Assembly (NCBI RefSeq): GCF_000143415.4
Contig: NW_003314261.1
Coordinates: 1,564,117 to 1,628,116 of the forward strand
Direction: 5' to 3'
DNA length: 64,000 nucleotides
From: Selaginella moellendorffii
Lineage: Eukaryota; Plantae; Lycopodiophyta
Numbering within the stretch: position 1 is the stretch's first letter; each line of letters starts with the position of its first letter. The notes below the pieces were generated by a model, which worked only from the letters and a program-made list of their open reading frames with translations, was not told the origin of the DNA and ran no database searches. Both the position numbers and the translations under genes were made by a program. Shown piece after piece: positions 59,461-64,000 of the stretch.

Positions 59461-62379
59461 TTACTTTTGAGCAACATCAACTTATCTAATATCCTTAAAC
59501 TCAGCCATGACCATTTTATTATTGCCTTTATAAGTCATTTTTTGCTAGTTTTCCAAGAACCTCAAAGAGCTTCTTTGGTTTAAGCAATTTTTTATGTTCT
59601 TAAGTGATAGCATGTTGTATATCTTTATCAAGCTTCCTTAGGCACTTCCCTCAAACTTTGTGAGTCAAAACTAAATGCAAAGAATCCACATAAATCCCCA
59701 TCACATTGTATGTTCACTTGCTCACACTTACAAATATATTATATGAAGTGGCTATAATATTTATAGATAAACTCATGCAGTTACATCTCATAGGTGTTCA
59801 ACTCAACCATGATGAAATTGGGTGTGTAAATTAACTCAAATTTCTGGGGAAATAACTTTTTGATCTGAGGGTGAAAGAGCAATGCATTGGTTTTGATATT
59901 TGTATTATGGTGTTTAATGTGTTAAAAATGTGGAGAGTTCATGAATAAAAGAAAGAAATCTATATACTAAAGTATATAATTGATATATTCCTTATGACTT
60001 CCACTACATATTTAATATCAACATCTTAATTAATATCTTGACACACATAAGCTTATTATCCTTTTCTCACAAAAAAGGTTATTTTGGATATTATGATTAT
60101 ATTGAGTTATCTGTTTAAAGTTAAATTACTTATAACATCAAAATCTATAAATGACAATTGAATTACACTCTTTTAGGCATGGCTCTCTTTTTTCTATTTT
60201 CTAGACCAAACAAGGTTATGTAAGAGGTCACTAAGTCTCATTACTATGATAATCATCATAAATCTAAATTAAGATCCTTATTTGTGATATACATAAAATA
60301 TCCACGCATATTCTAGGATATTCCTCAATCATGATTTTTTGCCTTTAAACTTTTCTCTTAATATATTAATAATATAAACCTTTGTTTAAATTTTTAGTGT
60401 AAAGTTTGTATGCTCATCAAGAGAAGAGGAACTAAACACAAAAACATTATGTTTTAGAGCTTGAGATGACAATTCTCAAACATCTATTGGAACATTTAGC
60501 TAATAAGCTATAGATACAATGTCTCTCAAGTCTTAAATCCCTACATTATTGTTGATAGTCATTTGTGGTATCTTTATTGCAGCCTTATGGTGACACAAAA
60601 CACTAGAGTAAGCCTATGGACTTCAAATCTTAATTGTTCACTAGTGTAAAATAAAAGTTATACTCTTCCTTAAAATCTATGACATTTAATGCCACCACAA
60701 CATTTTTTAAATTATTATTCTTGCACAAGAAGTACTTCCCATCCAATTTATAATGCTTTGAGAAGTATAAGAGAAGGTGAGGAAAGATGATGTCTAGGAG
60801 ATAATTGTACTTTAACCAAGAATAAGTTTCATGCTTGTCATTCTAAAACAATTTAATACTGTTTTATTAGGATTTCTTTCACCTTGTTTCTTAAATTTTT
60901 TTGGGATTTTATATATTATAATAGACTTGAAAGAAACTTAAATCTTAAGGTGCATATGAGCAAAAAACACACTACCTCATTTGTAAATAGGCCCTATGGA
61001 AATTTAAGTGTTTATCACCATTAAAAGCCTCAAGAGGAGCTTTTTTGGTACACTTTTAATTCATAGATAAATTTAAAGCATCATTATTTTAAAACCTCAT
61101 GAGAAAGAATTTTTTTCCATATTTCTAAGCTGAAGGGGCATTAAAGACCATTAGCACTCTCTACAATACCTATATCTCTTTTAAGGATAGAATATTGCTA
61201 TTTCTATAAGGGATTATAGAGTATACTAGTTGCATGTTCGGAAGCACCATCTTTTTCTAGCAGGTTCCATTCTAATTCTAGGGTGGATGATGTGAGTATT
61301 GAGGTGGTGAAAATATGTTATATTGTTTGTTATTCCTTTCTCTCTCTCTTCTCTTGGCTAGTATGATTAGTTTCTCTTTCCTCTTCCTTCCAAGACTTTG
61401 GTATATTGTTCTAAAACTAGATCTAGAATTATGATTGGTGGTTTTGATTGCTTCCATAGCCTCAATATATTGTACTAAGTGAAAGTGCTCAAAGACCATT
61501 ATATAAGCTAGCTTTCCAGATAATGTAAAATTTCATCAACCTCATGTATGAGAGGAGCTTAAAGAGTGGACTGAACACTTGGGCTTGATTTGGAATTTGT
61601 TATTTCAGACCTACTTAATGATTATAAAGTATGGATGTATCAAAGTGTTATAACAATGAGTAACATGACTAGCTATGAGGGCCATCAAGTATATAACATC
61701 TATTTGGCAATAATCTGGATTTCATCATGCCACATCATGGATACACATGACTTTGGCTGTCTACCACTATGGGGCACATCAGATGCCAATAGTGTATATC
61801 ATATAACCCTCACAAACAACCAATTAGACTAGGACTACTAAACATCCATGACTGTCATTTACAATAGGTTGTACGATACCTTCAGGGAATGGAGATTTTT
61901 GGGATCTCTGCTTCAAATAAGGGGATAGCTTATGTTCTTTTTGGTATATTAAAGACATTTTCACGAGCTGCATGCTCTGGTGGTTTAAATTGGAGATAAG
62001 ATAGGCAAAATTCATTATGATGTAGGTTTGATCAATTGGAAAACAGATTAGGGTCTTGGCGATCAAGTGAAGTATCCTAGGAAGAGTTTCACGATCCTTA
62101 TAATAGGTGGCTCTAGCTTCATAGAGGAGTCACCCATAGTAGTACAAATTGTTTTGTACTTGTTTTAGTCCCTATACATTTATATTTTATAAATCAGGTT
62201 AGAGGGAACAATGCACCATATATGACAATTGCTGGTTGTCAAACATTCACTCATATAAATCAATCGAGAGTTCAAACACTACAGGAGATTCAACCATCCT
62301 AGGAGCTAAAAGTCACTGGCATTGTTCCTTTCAAAGAATAAAAAGGATGGAAATCGTGTATGAGAATCATGAAGGAGAA

Positions 62380-63050
62380 TCGATCACGTGGATACCGTCG
62401 CTTGGCGTCAATCCAGATCGAGAAGCATGCATTTGGACAAGCCTGTACATCATCCTTGGAATCTCATCCTTGGATCGGTTGTCTTCCTCTTCCTATGGGG
62501 ATGATTCTTCCATCTGGAGGGATTCCAGTGCTTCATCATCGGTGAACATTGCGAAGCAAACCGTCCTACCGCTGGTGGTGCTCAGGCTTGTAGGCAGCTT
62601 GATGTAGATAAGCTATGCTTCTTACCTACATATTTTGGCTATGAAATGATGCGGTGATTTCTATCAGATGGGGAAGCCATTTTTATTCAGCTTATCGATA
62701 GAGCGATGCTCACGGACGAGAACGTCTTAGTTGCCAAAAGGTCGCGGATGCGACCACGATTCCCTTGAATTCTCAGGAGTTAATTCATGTCGTCCTCATC
62801 CTGGATCTCGAGTCTGGAGCTCTTGATCCACTGGACATTAAGGGGCGGGAGAGGATTTGGAAATGATTGGCAGGGATGGTGTCGTCAAATTCGTGAAATT
62901 CTGGCGAAAAACTGGTCGGCTGCTGGGAAATGCGATGCGCCTCCATCGTTTTTCAACTCCAGGGCCACCAAACAACCAACAAGGAGGATTTTTGCAAGGG
63001 CCAGCGTCTCCATTACGCTTTCCAGCATCAAAGATTTTCTCTACAGTGGA
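62380..63050 (-). pseudogene. DUF616 pseudogene (deleted copy of 53750-55060)
   Basis: Blocks such as GAACATTGCGAAGCAAACCGTCC and CGCGGATGCGACCACGATTCCC are shared; many deletions and a ~115 bp insertion near 62600-62720. Confidence 0.9.
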
Positions 63051-63192
63051 TAGATTTGACAGCGTTTTAGTGATGTTTACAGTTGGGAGACCATAGGAAA
63101 CGCTCAGAAGTACACAAAAGTTTGTGCCAATTTAAATCTGAATATTTGCCAATGTGGTCCCTTCATCATAACATGCTCCTTTTCTCCTTATT

Positions 63193-63777
63193 TAGATATT
63201 CAACAAGGTTAGAGCTATGGAGCATGCTGCTCGAGCAGAGGGGCTACCGCCATTGTTCTCACTGCAATTCTCGACAAAAGAGAAGATGATCTACAAAACA
63301 GGTAACTTAAAGCAAGCGTTAGAATCCAGGGTTGGAGCCGACTAGTTTTGCCACCAGCATGGATGACACGGTATATTTTTACTTTTCAGCATTTCCAGGC
63401 CTTTTCTTTTGGTTTTTCTTGTTGCAGCCAACAGATCGTGAAATTGTTTTCTTGCATCGCATCCAAGTACACAGACAAATCCATCACCTTGAAGGTGACT
63501 CGTTGGATTTCGTCTACGTCGATGGAGGCATTACAAGCTCGCTCTAAGATTCATAAACATGTTCACTTTTTTCCTTTCGGGAGCAATAGTGATGCTGTGA
63601 ATTCTACCAGGTTGGGAGGCCTCTCTTGTTCGGCCCGGCCATCGATGGCGAACAAGGCGTGTGAAAGTGCTAGACATGCTCAACCAGGAGCTGAGAAGCA
63701 CCATGACAATTGCTGGTTGCCCAACACTCGCTCAAATAACCTGATCAAGCGTTCAAACGCCATCCAGCAAGCTCTAG
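63193..63777 (+). pseudogene. 2-hydroxy-acid oxidase pseudogene (deleted copy of 52570-53650)
   Basis: AGATATTCAACAAGGTTAGAGCTATGGAGC and CCATCCAGCAAGCTCTAG shared, introns retained; ~370 bp internal deletion and frameshifts. Confidence 0.92.
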
Positions 63778-63844
63778 ATAACAATCGAGCATTCACTGCT
63801 TGCATTCTTTCTGTTCCTGTCAAGAAATATTGTGTGAGAAGAAA

Positions 63845-64000
63845 ACGTGTGATCTTCGATTATCTGGTGGCATCGGCCACACGAAGTTCCGCCTCTCACA
63901 ATCCTCGAACATGTTGATCCGCCATGGAACTTGAGCGATGATCTTGTCACGTAACCACCGCGAAGCTCACCTGATCGCGCGGCGTGAATCTGTCGAGCTC
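63845..64000 (-). pseudogene. 3' end of a third DUF616 copy (runs off the window)
   Basis: Near-identical to 53790-53890, with a +1 insertion near 63952. Confidence 0.85.

Noticed and set aside
25258-60323. Scattered single P1BS matches (25258, 41371, 48516, 55167, 60306)
   Set aside because: Expected by chance for a motif with six fixed bases

Overview
Eukaryotic, gene-dense plant nuclear DNA with 50-70 nt GT-AG introns and 70-250 bp intergenic gaps; the style fits a lycophyte such as Selaginella (inference). Bases 1-6750 are a nest of decayed Ty3/Gypsy LTR retrotransposons, including a chromovirus pol with its 3' LTR and an oppositely oriented gag-protease relic. Bases 8.5-55 kb hold about 20 host genes: PGSIP7/8-type GT8, CRK kinase, PX-Rubicon, UTP4, RbcX, ATR3/NDOR1, AP5B1, DENND6, eIF1, two PPRs, TKPR1-like, a calcineurin-B-like EF-hand protein, VPS32, a Cys-rich protein, a dual-specificity phosphatase, NAC, AAPT, a 2-hydroxy-acid oxidase and DUF616. 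Pseudogenes or fragments of RUG3 and FBPase lie among them. Bases 55.5-62.2 kb are an AT-rich unidentified relic starting with a ~690 bp foldback, followed by decaying copies of the oxidase/DUF616 pair. The most notable unexplained structures are: a stand-alone RNase H gene present twice with a shared upstream segment and A-rich tail; an intronic C/D-box snoRNA in UTP4; a helically phased P1BS array upstream of RbcX; an AAPT start codon created only by splicing; and an intron-retaining FBPase fragment set between inverted microsatellites. Exon boundaries and homology calls were made by eye from recalled family motifs; no searches were run.
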